Both the position numbers and the translations under genes were made by a program. Shown here in pieces: positions 24,881 through 38,988 of a stretch of 64,000 bases of DNA. The notes beneath the pieces are model-generated. The model saw only the letters and a program-made list of their open reading frames with translations. It was not told where the DNA came from and ran no database searches. The DNA is from Lama glama (Eukaryota). Location: positions 20,586,001-20,650,000 of the forward strand of contig CM052817.1 of NCBI GenBank assembly GCA_028534125.1, in the 5' to 3' direction. Numbering within the stretch: position 1 is the stretch's first letter; every line of letters begins with the position of its first letter.

Positions 24881-25519
24881 AAATAAATAACGTATGTTTT
24901 TAAAGTCAACTAAGTGCCTCGTCAGTGAAGATGCAGTATAGCGTAGTATATTGCCATGTCGTCAATGATGGCACCTTGGTACCATGTCTGGACCTGGATA
25001 TGCATTGATGGCTGAACTCTCCAGATGTGCAAAGAGAAAGTTCCTTTGGGTTTCATACCTGTTTTTTCTCATAAAGGCAACAGCTCCTTTTCATGCCCTG
25101 TCTTTTTCTATCAGAAAATCAGTGGTGCTTAAACTCAGCAAACTACCGATTGCTTTATCATGCACATAAATACAATTGGCGATTATACTTTCAAGTCAGC
25201 ACTTTATGATGAAATGCCAAGTCCATGATAATTGTATAATACAGCCTCACAGAGATGTACTGTGAACATTCAGGTGATGATTTCCAGTGTCTTTTATAGA
25301 TTATTGACATAGTAAGTGATATGTCTATCAAATGGGAAAAAAAAGTTACACAAACCATGCAATACTTTGTCCCTATTAATCAAGAATTCCCATGCAAATG
25401 TGTATATGATGGCATATTTTTCATGAGTGACATGGAAAATCCTTGGGCATCCATTAAGATCCAGTACAAATTCCACCTTGTCCATTAATTCTTCTAACAT
25501 CTCACACTATCCAGAATCT

Positions 25520-25752
25520 AATTCTCAACTTCCACGTAAATGTTTTATTCATGCCTGCATTATATCACTTAACACATTATTTTCTCACCGAGTAAAACTA
25601 CTAGTATGTGGGTCTTTAATAAAACTAGTCCCCCCATCCTATATTATGAACTCTTAAAGGTAGTGACAGTGTTGATTTTCTCCTTATCCGTCTTGAACTG
25701 CCTAGTATAAAGCCTCACCCATAGGAGGATCTTCAGAAAGTTAATTGAATTA
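25520..25752 (+). mobile_element. L2 LINE 3' end (degenerate)
   Basis: attatgaactcttaaaggtagtgacagtgt...tgcctagtataaagcctcacccataggagg...ttaattgaat. Confidence 0.55.
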
Positions 25753-27164
25753 TAGATCACATGTGTAAGAACAGATTTCAGTTAATACATAAAATGTCAA
25801 AATCCAACTTAAATTTATTTTAGAATCAAATCTATTAATTATGTTCATATGTGCATTCATTAATTTTCACAGATTAATTTTGTGATGTGGTTACAGTTAC
25901 CAAGATACATAGCTTCTGGCAATGAAGTGGATGGGCCGGGAATGGTGGGTGTAATATAATCCATTACATTTTATGCAATTAAACTACTCAAGGCCAGCAG
26001 TCCACCTGCCAAATCCAACCAGTTATTACAAAATATAATAAATTAGTTTCTAAACGTCCAAGAATATTAAAGTAATACCTATTAAAGGGTGATGTTCAGG
26101 TTATTTTTACAGTTTCTTGTTAATGTGCAAAACATGTTCAAATTCCCAAATGACGCAAAGAAAATATATACTTTGTGTATCTATAATTGGTAATGCAATA
26201 TCTACACATTGATGAGTATTAGATTACAAGGGTGATATGGGTCCTTAAAACCACTTTATAGAAGAGAGTGCTTTAAGAAACAGGTTTGGAAACATTCTTT
26301 GAGTTTTTTTAAATAATTCTTTCTGAAAGTTGACTCCTGGTGTTTTTACAAGCATATGATTTACTATAGGATCTTGCAAAGCAAGTAACTGAAAAGACAG
26401 ATTTTGCTGACAAAACACTGCTATTGATTTTATTAGTCAGGAGAGGAGAAAGGGCCATCTTTTAAACCCGGAGCTCAGCTGTGGGCTGTACTTCGACCAA
26501 CGCTGGGGGCGCCATTCACATGAACTACAGTGGAAGTAGTGTCCTTGGATCCACGCAATGCAGCGGCCTTGCTAGGCAGTGGGCAGCCATCATGAATAGT
26601 GTTATAATGAAATGTGGAGGATTTGTTGAGGAAATTATTACTTGATAGTCTGTCCGTATGAAATTAAATTTAAAAAATTGAAATCAATATATAGGAAAAC
26701 TCACTAAAAAGAATTCTCACATGAATTATCCCATTAGGGTGCCTCGAGGCAAACAGTTGAGAAAAAGTGTTGCTTTGTTGTGTGTGGGTAGAGGGGGGTG
26801 TGGGTACGTTTGTATTCCTTTTGTTTACAACATTGAGACCTTCTAGACAGTGTATGGCTAATAATTTTCTTCATTAATGTGGGAGCTCATTTAGATAAAG
26901 CTGTTTAGAAGTGTGGCCATGTGGTGTGAGAGAGCAGAGCTACTTACTGAACAGGCTGTAACAGACCCAAGAAGCAGTGATTTTGTACCTCCTCTTTCTA
27001 GGCACAATCTGGATTCTGCTGTCTTCCAAAATTTTGGTTTTAACTCTATCCTTTGGATGATAGTTGACATGAGAGACAATTTATGTGACCAATGAAAAAC
27101 TGAATTAAGTGATAGGTATTATTTTCAAATGATTTAAATGCATTCTGCTCATAGAATTATAAGG

Positions 27165-27301
27165 GCTACAATTTAAGCTAATGAGAGCAAGGATTTTGTT
27201 AGCTGTGCTCATTCACAGATCCCACATATATGGGAACATATAAACAGTTCCTAGTACCTACCGCCTAATGGGCCCTCAGATTCATTTATTGACTGAATGA
27301 A
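27165..27301 (+). mobile_element. L2 LINE 3' end
   Basis: ctacaatttaagctaatgagagcaaggattttg...atttattgactgaatgaa. Confidence 0.6.
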
Positions 27302-27514
27302 GATGCCCTGAATAGAAGAAATTAAAGAGGTTATCTTTGTTTTCCTGAAACTTATGGTATGTATATTATCACTTAACGTATGTATATTATAGACACACAC
27401 ACGCCCATGTGAACATATGTATATAGTTTATGTGCAAGTACATACAAAGATAGACTCAGACATGGTGAGGAATGTGTATGTAATACATCACAGCAGACAC
27501 CCTCGTGTGAACTC

Positions 27515-27628
27515 ACGCACACACACACACAAAGTTTACATAAATGTATTCATCAAAATTTAACTCTGTACACACACACTGTCACCACCATCACCACCAC
27601 CACCACCGAACAACAACAGCAGCACCAC
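27515..27628 (+). repeat. (CA)n and (CAC/CAA/CAG)n low-complexity repeats
   Basis: cacacacacacaca; caccaccatcaccaccaccaccaccgaacaacaacagcagcacca. Confidence 0.8.
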
Positions 27629-29039
27629 AAAAGCAGTGTGGTCTATTTGATTAGTTGCTGTGGTGGAAACAATACAGAGAGGACAAAATTAAAATAATGC
27701 TTAGTAAAATGGGAATAAATAAGGAACTCTCCTGGAGCTGCAGATACTTTGATTCCATACTTGTATACAGATACGGAGTTGAGCGATCTATATGCCTTAA
27801 AATGATGGCAGCACAAAGTGCAATTACTAACCCAAGAGCCTTTTTATATCTTACCTCAAATAAACACAGTACTGTTTCTGTGCAATAATATGACAGCAAT
27901 GAAACTTTCCATTTACCTAAGTAACTTAAAGCCAGTTTCAATCTTGTTTTAATTAGAAATTAGACAGTTTTAATAATTCCCAGATTTACAACATCAAAGC
28001 AGGAAACTTTATTTTTTAAACCTTTGGCACTTATGAACATTTGGAAACCTTAATTAACTTGGAGAAAAGGCTGGAAAAGAAGATTATCAGCATGTGGTGA
28101 TTGACAGGATAATGAAAATTTTCCTCTGCAAAATTCTGATATATTTAGCCTGACTTGAGTTTCTTCCTGTATCAGTTATATCAGTTTTATTTTTCAGTTC
28201 AGCTGAATCAGTAAAAGGAAAATATTCACCAATGTGGTCTGTGAAAAAAAGACCCTGATGAGAAAAAAAAGGTCACTGAACCCAAACCAAATGACAAGTA
28301 TAAGTGAACTAAGTTGTCAAAGACAAAGTTCCTGACTCTGCTCAACATTTTTCATCCCACGTACCAGTGTTTTCCTTAATATCCTTCAACTGCATCCTCA
28401 CTGTCGTGCACCTTCTCCGTATCCTGACGCTATCCTAACACTTTTCAGATCAGGACCTAAATATGGTATCTTCTGTTTCCTTGTTTTAGTCATTTACAGT
28501 CTCACAAACATAACCCAAGCCTTGAAGCACTGCCCGTTGTATTCTCCATTCCTATAAAATTTGAGCTAGGAGTTTCATAAATTAGGTACATTTGGTAGAA
28601 TTAGACATTTGAGCCAAAATCTGCAATCACCTGGGACCCTTACATGATGGTTCTAAATCAACCGAGAATTTACAGCATCTCATATATAGTACCTGACACA
28701 AATTGAGGCAATTGTTTCCTTAGGTTTTTTTTTTTTTTTTTTGCAGCTTGTTTCGCCATGATTTTTTTTTCAATCTCCTACCCAGTTCATAAGAAGATTA
28801 AGATTAAGATATAGTTTGAAGCTAAAATCCTCGTTTAAAAAAATACATCAGAAAAATGGCCAAAAGTTATAGAGAAATAGCTGAATATCTCTAGTCTAGA
28901 TTTTTCTTTTTATAACTAACAAAGGTGAAAATAGAGGTATAGTATTCAGTTATGATAAAATTGAAGAGAAACAGACACTTTCATTTATACTGGGTGAGAC
29001 TATTTAAATCCACACAACCTTTGATGAGATAGTTCAGAA

Positions 29040-29290
29040 ACATGAATCACTGGTAAATATGTCTAACTTTTGATCCAGCATTCCAGCTTAAGTCATTTAT
29101 CCTAAGAAGGAGATCAGTTCCCAAATGTGTGTACTACACCGGTGCCCAGCACACTGCTGTGGGTAACTGGGGGAAAAAAAGAGAGAGAGAATGCCTGCAT
29201 GTGAATATCATTAAATATATTATACTCTAAAAATGAAATATTTGACCTTCAAATTTGCTAGAGTTTTATTTATTGACATAAGAAGGGGTT
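29040..29290 (+). mobile_element. Ancient L1 (L1ME-like) fragment
   Basis: acttttgatccagcattccagcttaagtcatttatcctaagaa resembles the L1 ORF2 'DPAIPLLGIYP' region. Confidence 0.5.
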
Positions 29291-29319
29291 TTTAAACAGT
29301 TAAAAATGTATGATCACAT

Positions 29320-29470
29320 TGTATTCATTTAGTCAGTAAAAATAATGATTGAATTCCACTCTGTGTGAGGTCATGGGCCACAGGATAGATAAAGACAAGA
29401 TTCCAGCCTTCATGGAACCCATAGTTAACTGGAGGGAACATCTGTTAAACACACACATACACACACTTAC
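29320..29470 (-). mobile_element. L2 LINE 3' end
   Basis: attcatttagtcagtaaa...gattgaattccactctgtgtgagg...aagacaagattccagccttcatggaacccatagt. Confidence 0.6.
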
Positions 29471-31189
29471 ATAAAAAGTGAAACTGATGAGCACCTGAAA
29501 GAATCCTACATGGTGTGCGGTACGCTGTGCTAGGAACCAGGAGCTGGAGGTTCCCGTGAGAGCAGGAAAGAAAGTGGACTTGCAGCAGGGAGAAAAGGCA
29601 AAAAAAAAAAAAAAAAAAAAAAAAGAAAGAGAATAGTAGGGCGAAGCAGGAGGAATTCTGGAAGGAAATTTCCTAGATTCCCATCGTAGCTCTCTCTAGG
29701 CAGTGGGATTTCTGGTGATTTTCGCTTTTGAAAATACTTTCAATGGTATTTGATTGATGCGTCAATTGTGAGCACATATGCGATTTATTAAATTTTGCAT
29801 CTTAAAAACAATTTGGCAAACAAAATAGAGTAACTTGTTGATAACATCAGAGATAACTGCAGCTTAGTATTATTTTTTCTTAAAAAAACCATCAGTATAT
29901 CTACATGTAAAAACTATATAAATAGATCCACAGATCCCTATTGATACATACAAAAATAACCTAATTTCTAATCTACATTTCCATTTCAAAATTGTAAAAA
30001 CTGACCAAAGATCAGCCTGAACATTGTGCATTCCTCAGAGGATCCAAACCATGACAAAATGAATGGAATCTCCTACTGAGATTTCTATCAGGCAGTGACC
30101 GCAAATGTTATGAAAAACAGGACATTTGTTATTATTTGGATTTTGTTTCAAGGTGTGTGACTGTGTGTGTGTGTGACATGAGTCGTTTACCGAAGCAGCC
30201 TTCACCATATTATGGGCAAATCAAGTAAGCTGCACTTCCCAGGTTCGCAGTAAACTTGGGAACCACTGCAGTTGTGAAGACCTGTTAAGCCCTCTCCAGC
30301 ATCCGGTGCTCTCTCTCAGCGCACGGGAAACCATGAAAGGATGAGGAACTACTTCAGTGTAGATTTTACAGAAGAGGGGTAGATTCTGAAGCTGAATTCC
30401 ATCTGCTGTAAAGTGGCACAAGCTAGAACACCCAGCAGTCTTGGTTTAGTAAATTAACAGTAGGATCCTGTCAGCTTTAATGCAGCACCATCCAGGCCTC
30501 ATTACAGTTGTTCACAGTGGCACTAACCGTTTGTTTGAGTAATGCAGGGCTGTATAGGTTCCCACTGTGAAATCTGTGTTTGACTAGGATTCACATTGAT
30601 TTCTACCCACTGATTGTGTGCAGAGATTCTCATCCAAATTGATTGTTTTTTCCCTCCTCCTCCCTTCCTTGATTTTGCCTTCTGAATGGTAGAATCCAAA
30701 GAAGATAGCTGTGTTCTTTGGAAAACATTATTTTTCTATGCTACATTTCAAAATAAAATAACCCATTTGGAAAGTATTGTGAAAGAATAAAGGGAACAAC
30801 CAATATTTCATACCGATTTACTCAGGCTATATGATAAAATCATACATGGAAAAAGAAAAGGTATCTTGATGTAAATTGGCCAGTTTTGTTTGACAAGTAA
30901 TGAGCATGAGCAAGGGGTCTCCGATGGCAGAGACCTAGGGAATTAGATGTATTACCTCTAATTCATTAAGACAGTTTCAGTTGTTTTCCTGAGTGAGCTC
31001 ACACAGCCCCTAGGGATTTGCATGACTCACAAACATGTACTAGGTCCATCACAGCTCAAAGACGCTTCATTCCCTTGTCCCCCTTTCAAAGAGTCTTTGA
31101 GGGAATTATCCCTGACCAGAATGGGCTGAGGGAAAAAACCTTCACCAAATTAAAAACTCTATAGTTTTGAAAAGGCATTTCTGAAGTTT

Positions 31190-31597
31190 TGTTGGTCAGC
31201 ATTACTGTTGCAATAAACAGCCCCAGAACTGTAGCGATTTAACTCAGGTCCTTGAAGTTCTGCTTATACAATAATCGATTGGCGATGTTCTGGGGGTGAC
31301 TTTCCTTTGGGTTCAGAGTCCCAGTCTCTTTCCATCTTGTAGGTCCGGCCTGCCCCGAGACCTTGGAATCCTTTCAATTCCTCAGGGAGAAAAAGAAGCA
31401 GCACCATGTTTTTTGTTTTTTCTTTTGTTTTTAATGGATCAGTTCTAGAAGGGGCACATGTCTCTCAGCCCCATCACATTAGCCAGACAGTCATGTGACT
31501 GTGTCTAATTTCAAGGGAGGTGGGGAAATCTGGTATATGGAGGCCCTGGAAGGGGATAAACAAAATGGTTGGATGACTATAACCCGATTCTATCACA
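31190..31597 (-). mobile_element. MaLR LTR (MLT1J/K/L-like)
   Basis: ttctagaaggggcacatgtc...cacattagccagacagtcatgtgac...aagggaggtggggaaat...ctatcaca. Confidence 0.65.
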
Positions 31598-33189
31598 GAA
31601 GAAAATTCATTGAGAAAGTTAATTCTTTTCTTTAGGAAATAAACACAAGATCAAAACAAAACAACACCTTTCATCTTGGTGAAATATCTTCTTAGTTGTT
31701 TTGAAATTATAAAAGTGCGTGTGCTTTGGATTAGAAACCCCACACATCTTATTTTGCTTAATTGATGTGTAGGGGGAGAATTATTTTCATATAAAGATGT
31801 GAAATAGAGAATATTTCCTTTGAATTACCTTTTATGAAGTGTGTGTTTAAACTGGTAAGGCTTCTTAATAGTTAATAGTAATGAGCCTTTTGATTTTCTG
31901 TAGCAACAGACTCTGCTAACAGCTGGTTGTATGCAAGTGCCCTTTGGGTATTAATAATAATTTTTACAAATCTCATGTGCTCCTCGTGGAAAACAACTCC
32001 TAGGTTTACTGCTAAAGGTATTCTTGGCACGACAGAGATTTTGTGATTTTGCACAGTTGATGTCTGATTATTTCTAATGGCAGAGTAGGTAATGACTTTA
32101 AAAATTCACACAAGAGGCTCTGAAATTCCCAGTGTTTAGTTTTGTTGTACATAATTTTTCTTACTGTATCATTAAATCTATTTAGGTAACAAGGCAAAAC
32201 ACTTTCTGAAGCCTGATGGGGAAGTAGAAAGATACATTAAGAATAATGCATGACTGAATATTTTGTATGTTTCTTATGTGTTTATTTCATAAAAATAGAT
32301 CTTAGATCAAAGATAGACAACCTAGATGTTTCAAGTGATTTCAGCCCAGATATTTAAACTGTAAATCAGATTTATCAGCTTGAGAGGTAAGTGGAACTTT
32401 TAAATTCTCCCTCATTCCTGGCCTTAGTTTTCCCATAGACTGTGACTTGTAAATATTTGATGTATCTCAATTTGATGAGTATAGTTGACAAGCTATTATG
32501 TGTAAGCCATCACATTAGGCCTTGAGAGAAACACAGTGTTGAATCAAACTTGGAGTTTGCTTTTCAAAAAGCTTACACGTAGCAATAGAAATAATATATA
32601 TAAACACCAGAAGCTGCTGTGCAAGGTAGATAGGATAATTAGGAAAAAATGAAGCTAAGAGATTAGGAGTTAAGAAGAAGGGGGAGGATGGGGAAGATAG
32701 AAGGAAAACATTCGAGAGAAAATGTACGTTCAAGGTGACAGAAACGGAAGTAAAATCTTAGGAAAATGATGCCAAATATCTTTGCTTAGACCCAGAGGCT
32801 GGAGTTGGTAAGAGAAAGCTAATGAGAAATAGAAACTGGAAAATGTTTGCAATGGACATCGGAACAAGACTTAAGAAATGTTAGCATGACACTTCTGAAC
32901 TTGAGGGGATGGCTGGCTGGTGAGATCAAGGTCTAACAGCAGAGAAGGAATTCACAAGGATGACGTGGCTGGAACTCACAGTCTTTGACTCCCACATTCA
33001 GACCTGATTATCGGTAAGGCCAGAACTGCTCGTCTCATGGAAGCTGACTGTAGTTCGACATGCTCTGGGGCTCGTAAAACCAGACCGTGGAACTCAAATA
33101 AGGCTCCAGCATATGTTACCTATTTCTTATCCCTAGTCTTATCCTGACATCTAAACCTCCCTCTTCTCAGAGAATTGGCAGGAAGAACA

Positions 33190-33400
33190 AGAGATGTAAA
33201 GTCAAACCAGGATCAAGTTCCAGCTCTATTACAAATTAGCAGTATAATTTCGACATTTCTTTCTCTCAACCTAAAATTACTCCTAAATAAAACAGGAGAA
33301 TTCCTAACTTTCAGGCCTATTGTTAGGAGTAAGTGAAATAATATGTGTGTGTGTGCAGGTAGGAACCTCAAACAGTATCAGTGCAAAGGAGATCTGACAT
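33190..33400 (+). mobile_element. MIR SINE
   Basis: aaaccaggatcaagttccagctctattacaaattagc...ctattgttaggagtaagtgaaataat. Confidence 0.6.
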
Positions 33401-33872
33401 AATCACTCACTTCCCTGCTCCCCTCCTGCTGTCACTTAAGGATCAATTTTTTTCCTTCTTTTCTTCCTTCCTTTCTGTTTTTTTGTTTGTTTGTTTGTTT
33501 TTGGAATTACAGAAGAATGGTTTTGTATAAAATTCATGCCACAGGGCTTCTCTGCCTTATGTTACAGTGTAGCAAAGAAAGACTGTGAATCCAAAACAAA
33601 GCTCCTGGGAATCATATTTAGGATTTAGGAGGAGTTGGGTATAGAAGAAATGCTCAGATATAAAAAAGAGAGGAAGTTCTAATCCCAGGAAGGACAATGT
33701 CATAGAAAGCAGGGCTGGGGACAGTTATGAGGCATGGCTTAGGAGAAGCAGGTCAGAGGCTCTGCAGAACTTGATGTCCATTTGGTTGGAAGCTTGGATT
33801 GATGCTTCTCAGAAAAAAAGAGCATTAAAACCATGAAATACTAATTTCTGCCATGTAGATGGATAGTCATTA

Positions 33873-34018
33873 AAAAATTTTTTTTTAATCTTTTTGGCAG
33901 GGGAGGTACTTAGGTTTTTTTCTTTATTCATTTATCTTTGGAGGAGATACTGGGGATTGAACCCAGGACCTCATGCATGCTATACATGCACTATACCACT
34001 TGAGCTATACCCTCCTCC
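33873..34018 (-). mobile_element. Second tRNA-Ala-derived SINE (vic-1 type)
   Basis: Reverse complement ggaggagggtatagctcaagtggtatagtgcatgtatagcatgcatgaggtcctgggttcaatccccagtatctcc plus A-rich tail; diverged TSD tggatagtcatt / tgggtggttatt. Confidence 0.9.
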
Positions 34019-34239
34019 TGGGTGGTTATTTGATTGAAGAGAAACTTCTGTGTTTCAGGAAAGAATATACTGCAGAAAGGTAGAGTAGGGTGGAGAACTG
34101 TAAAAAATAATAAATAAAGAGTATGCATTATTTTTTTTCTCCAGAGGACTCTGTCACTGAATAAAACAATTTCCTTTAGAATTTGGAAAAAAAAATTTGC
34201 AAGATAGATATTATTTATATTTTCATTTCCTTTTCTCCC

Positions 34240-34525
34240 TTAACCTCAGTTTCTACATCTTTTAAAAACTAAGATGATGATAGCCATATAATAGGGTTAT
34301 TGAAAAAAAATTACAGTTGAGTACACAAAGCACCTGGTTCAGTCCCTGAAACATACTAGGCTGTCTTCCACAAAAGGGAGCTCTTATAATTATTCTTGCT
34401 ATTCCTACTTAAGAAATACAGAATCCGAGGCACAGGAGGACTTTATAACCCAAGGTCATGACATAAATAAATATCAGTCAGGACCAGAATCTAAACCTGT
34501 TTAAGTCTAATATCTGTACTCTTTT
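34240..34525. mobile_element. Two MIR fragments in opposite orientation
   Basis: taacctcagtttctacatctttaaaa (+) then acagaatccgaggcacagga...cccaaggtca...ccagaatctaaacc (-). Confidence 0.55.
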
Positions 34526-36466
34526 TCTGTCTTTATCACATTTATTTTTCACTTCCCTCAAAGCATTTAGTCCTTACAACTATACACTATAGCAATAATA
34601 CTCAGAGAAAGAATATGTGTTTTTACTTAATTCATAGTTATTTAAAAAAATTCTAGGAGGTACTTTGGCTTTCTGTGATTTTTTTTAACTCCTTAAGACT
34701 TACATAATAAACAATTTTACTAAGAAAGATTAATCCTGTTCACGATGCCTGTAATATCTTGCTCTTTTTGGGGGCAGCTTAATGAAATGCATGAGCCTGT
34801 GTCATTTTTCACTCAAGAGATACCCAAGAAAAGGAAAAGGTTAACGTAAATTTCACGGAAGTTTTGGAGAAATTGCCTCACATATAGGACACATTGCATT
34901 TAACATCTTGCATAGCATCTGCCCTTAATTTTCAGCTATGAAAAGCCAAATGAAATGGCTATTAGTGTACAAACCACATTAGGAGAGTGACTTGTTTCTT
35001 AATGTAGTTCTAGTAAGAGTTGGAAGAAATCCCAACTCTGGCAAAGAGTATGAGGATTTGGAAGAATTTTTGTTTGCTTGTCATTCGGCTGAAATGTTTT
35101 GAACCCACTTCGCTAGGATTCACAGTGTTGTATTGTTCTTTAAGTACCAAGAAAATCTATGAGATTTGTTTTGAAGTGGATAATTTACTTCCTAATTATC
35201 ATAGGTGGTTAACAGATGAATGAAAATAGAAATGTTTCCATTTGCCTATTATTTAATAGAAAATTTCTCTAAAAATGTCTATTTGCCCTACAATATACAG
35301 CCCCAGATATGTTTTGTTTTAAGTTGGTCTTTCCCAAATATATCAAGATCCAGTTTATCCGTTATCTCATAGATTGTAAGCCCAGTGAATTTTAATGAAG
35401 GTTGCTTTTTGAAATTTAGGTCTTTGTAAAGGTAACACTTAACAGAATAAATTTCATGGCAGCCACTGAAAATATAAATATTACAAACATCTTTTCCTCT
35501 ACTAAAATCTTTGCGGACAATGCTGAAAGCTTTTCAGGACATACAGACCAAAAAAGTAATGATGTTCAATGGATAAGGTATGAATATTTTTAAACAACCA
35601 CTTACACTTAGAATTTTATACAATCATTACTAGTACCTATCCAGTAATTTGTCAGATGCTATTCTGTGACGTGTTACCACCGCCATTACTGAAATTCCAA
35701 ACCGCTTTGAGGTTTCATTGACTTTGGGATAGCCAAAATGCTTGGTAGGATTAAACCTGTATTAATAATTCATTAATTTGTTTTACCTTCTCCCCTTGTG
35801 CCCACCCATCTATACGATATTTTCCCGTGTTCCCTCCAATACTAGAAATGTTATTTGAATTCTCTTTCTAAGCAGTTTTATTTCCCTCTCCTTTTGTATC
35901 CCGAGTTGTACCTTTGATTTATTTAAATGTAAACCTCTCATTTTGATGTGGGAGTGAAGGAACATGAATTCCTGAGGCTGTGATCTGAAAGACAACAGCC
36001 AGGCTAGCAGTGAGAGGATTTGCGATAACAACAGTGGGCATCCCAAAATGAGCATGCTGTGAAGACACGTGTTCCTAGTTTTATGAACATATTATGGAGC
36101 TGACAGATGCTATGATAAATCTGTATAAAGACATTGTCTGCAGCATAATTTTTATGTATTCCCTTTAAAGCTGTAAGTGTATGTGTCTGTGAGCAAATAT
36201 GTATTAGCACATGTGCCGTTCTGCTTTCCTCGTTTACTTTCTTTGGGACGCAACATTCTGCCACCTTGGCATCCCACAGAATTAAAACGTTCCTACACAT
36301 CGTTGATATTTGCAATACCTCTTATTTCCGCCATAAAAATATGTCGCGTTATTTGGCTTACCTTTAGGGAAAAAATGTAAGATATACTACCCTTTCAAAC
36401 ACGCATGCACACCCAAACAGGCACACACACACTCCTGTGTTCTTCGCTCTTGGCCTGCTGTTGCAG

Positions 36467-36537
36467 GTCCGCGACGTTAAAATAAATATATTCAGTGATG
36501 CCACAGAGCCGAATGGATTAGTTGATCTGTAATTCAG
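36467..36537 (+). other. Candidate 71-nt exon (phase 0: VRDVKINIFSDATEPNGLVDL*; phase 1: GPRR*)
   Basis: Acceptor gttcttcgctcttggcctgctgttgcag|; donor cag|gtaatt; lies in a CpG-enriched, TE-free block. Confidence 0.35.
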
Positions 36538-38874
36538 GTAATTAATAGAAGTAATCTGTTTGATCGTCTTTTCACGAGGGCTTCAGATGATTGCATTTTT
36601 AATAAATGTCAGAGTAAGCAGCTAGCCACTATTTCTAAGCTTTTTAAAAAAGCTAATCTTATGCAATTATTGCACTAGAATCCCCTGCCCAAGTCCCGCA
36701 GAATGTTCGTGATTTGCCATAAGGAAATCCAGCCCCAGCTTTGCTGACGGTTAAGATAAATTTATCTTCACCAGACTCAACTCTTGGTACGTCTCTGCTA
36801 AGTCTTGATGAAGTAGCTAAATTGATCCCCCCAAGGACTCTTTAAATTGCCAGCTGAGCTTCCTTGGAACCTTCTCACAAACAGGCGTTACGTTCTGTGA
36901 AGAAAATTCTGCTTTGCATTTGATCAAACACCTTGGTTGGCTGTGCGTTGATACAGTATCCTACACTGTTCTTTACTGCATTCTAGAGTATTATTTTCTA
37001 AAATTCTGAAAAAAGCCCCAAATTTACACTTATATATGTATATATGTTCATTTATATATGTATATGTCTATAAATATGTACATCTATTAAAACATATTAT
37101 TAATAGAAGCATGGCTCTGATTATAAGCTCCATTGAAATCACTGTACATAACCTTTTGCAATGTGAGCAAACCTGCTTTGTATCAATCCTGCCTATTTTT
37201 TATTGGTATTTTATCAACTTGATTCAATTTAACTGTAGAAATGCTTGAATTTCCTGTGGAAATTAAATCAGCCAATTGAATTTTGGCTATAGCAACTCTT
37301 CTTATTTATAGATGAGTTATTAATGGTCATGGTCATTGTATGCTTTCTATAACTTGTAGTTTTAATTTAATTTTTTATTTTAAAATATGAGAAGTAGTCT
37401 AGAACATGTTTTTAGTCGAGTCAAATTATTTATTTTATATGGTACTGACTTTGAGCAGCTAGACAGTATCTATAACAGGACTTTAGTACTTTGGGATATT
37501 TTAAAAAATTGACATGATGTGTATGTAGCATTATACATAGGGATAGTCTTAGAATAAAAGTGTTCAAGTATAGTCTTTAAAAGCTCTTTGTTTCTTGTTT
37601 TGATGCTCATGCTGAACACTGCATTCAAATTTGATTATTTAAAAGTGAAAATCCTCTTTAAAATAGAAGGGAGTAAGATAAATATTTCATTTCAAAATGA
37701 TCCAAAATTCAGGATTAATAGTAGAATTACTTACCTAGATGCTTTAATTTTAGCCTAAACTGTCGTTTTTTCATGATAAATAACATAGGAGAGGAAACTC
37801 ATTGTGAAATGTGCTAATCTTGCAAAAAGAAACCAAGCTCACTGTAGGATAATCTGAAGATTTGGAAAGTGTAATAGGTATGGAAAAAATAGAAAAAAAT
37901 AATTCTCATATCCCAAAACGTAACTACTACAGTGGTCAGAAGCAACCCCAAACTGGTTGTGTGGCTTTGATTTATTTTCATAATTGACTATGCCCAGAAC
38001 AGCCAATAAAGCAAGTCAGTGGTAGGTTGTAATTGGGTACAGATTGGCAGCAATTTTCACAGATGATTCAAAAATTTTATCTTCTATCCCCTAGAAGGTA
38101 GCCAATATTAAATATATCTTTGACTTTGAAGGCCTGGTGATTTCATTTTGCTGTAATTATCGGTGTGTTTTTGTGACCAGAAGAAAATAATCTGAGCATG
38201 CTCATGCATCAGCAGCAAATTTACCCAAATTAGAAGCATGCACGTCTCTTTTTTTATGTGTAGAGATGTTATGCCTGTTTTCGTTAATGCACTATTAACT
38301 AATCATAAAGTATAAAAGGTAGTCTCCATCTGAAGATGGTGTGTCTCAAATATGAAAACAGGGTCAGAAATGTCCTAGATATCCAGGCATCTGGAGCAGG
38401 ACTCCTCAGATGGCAGCCAGTGGAGTCTAGGGCAAGTTCTTTAGAGCGCGAAGACACCTGTAGGCATCGTGGAGGGTCTTCAGGAAGCAGCAGTACCTGG
38501 GTGTAGCAGCACTAGCAAGCCTGGGCTCTCGGCTCTAGCAAGGAAGTTCACAGAAAACTTCAGGTGCAGACGTATTTGGATTTGCAAATTAAATCTGCAA
38601 CTCTTAATTCATATTATATCCCAGATGATGTGTGATGTGGTTCAGAAATCCAACCAGTGCTGGATGTTGAGATGGAGAACTTGGGCAAAATGTGGAAACC
38701 CCAGGCAGGCAGATAGACCTTACAATGAAAGGTCGCATATCAAAAATAACAGGGCTCTGAGCACTAGACTGGGGTTCAAGCACAAGAAGTTGGTACCTAA
38801 GGGTCATATATTAGTAGAAGCAGACCTTGGTGTCCAGGTAGTTTATGAGAATTGAAAAAGAGAAACAAAGACTA

Positions 38875-38988
38875 GAAAATGAATATCTGTATGTCCATGT
38901 ATGACTGAAGCATGGTGCTGTACACCAGAAATTGACACACCATTGTAAAATGACTATACTTCAATAAATATATATATATATATTTAAA
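38875..38988 (+). mobile_element. Severely 5'-truncated cetartiodactyl L1 tail (about 110 bp)
   Basis: gaaaatgaatatctgtatgtccatgtatgactgaagc...gctgtacaccagaaattgacaca...gactatacttcaataaa; TSD aaagacta at 38867-38874 and 38989-38996. Confidence 0.9.
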
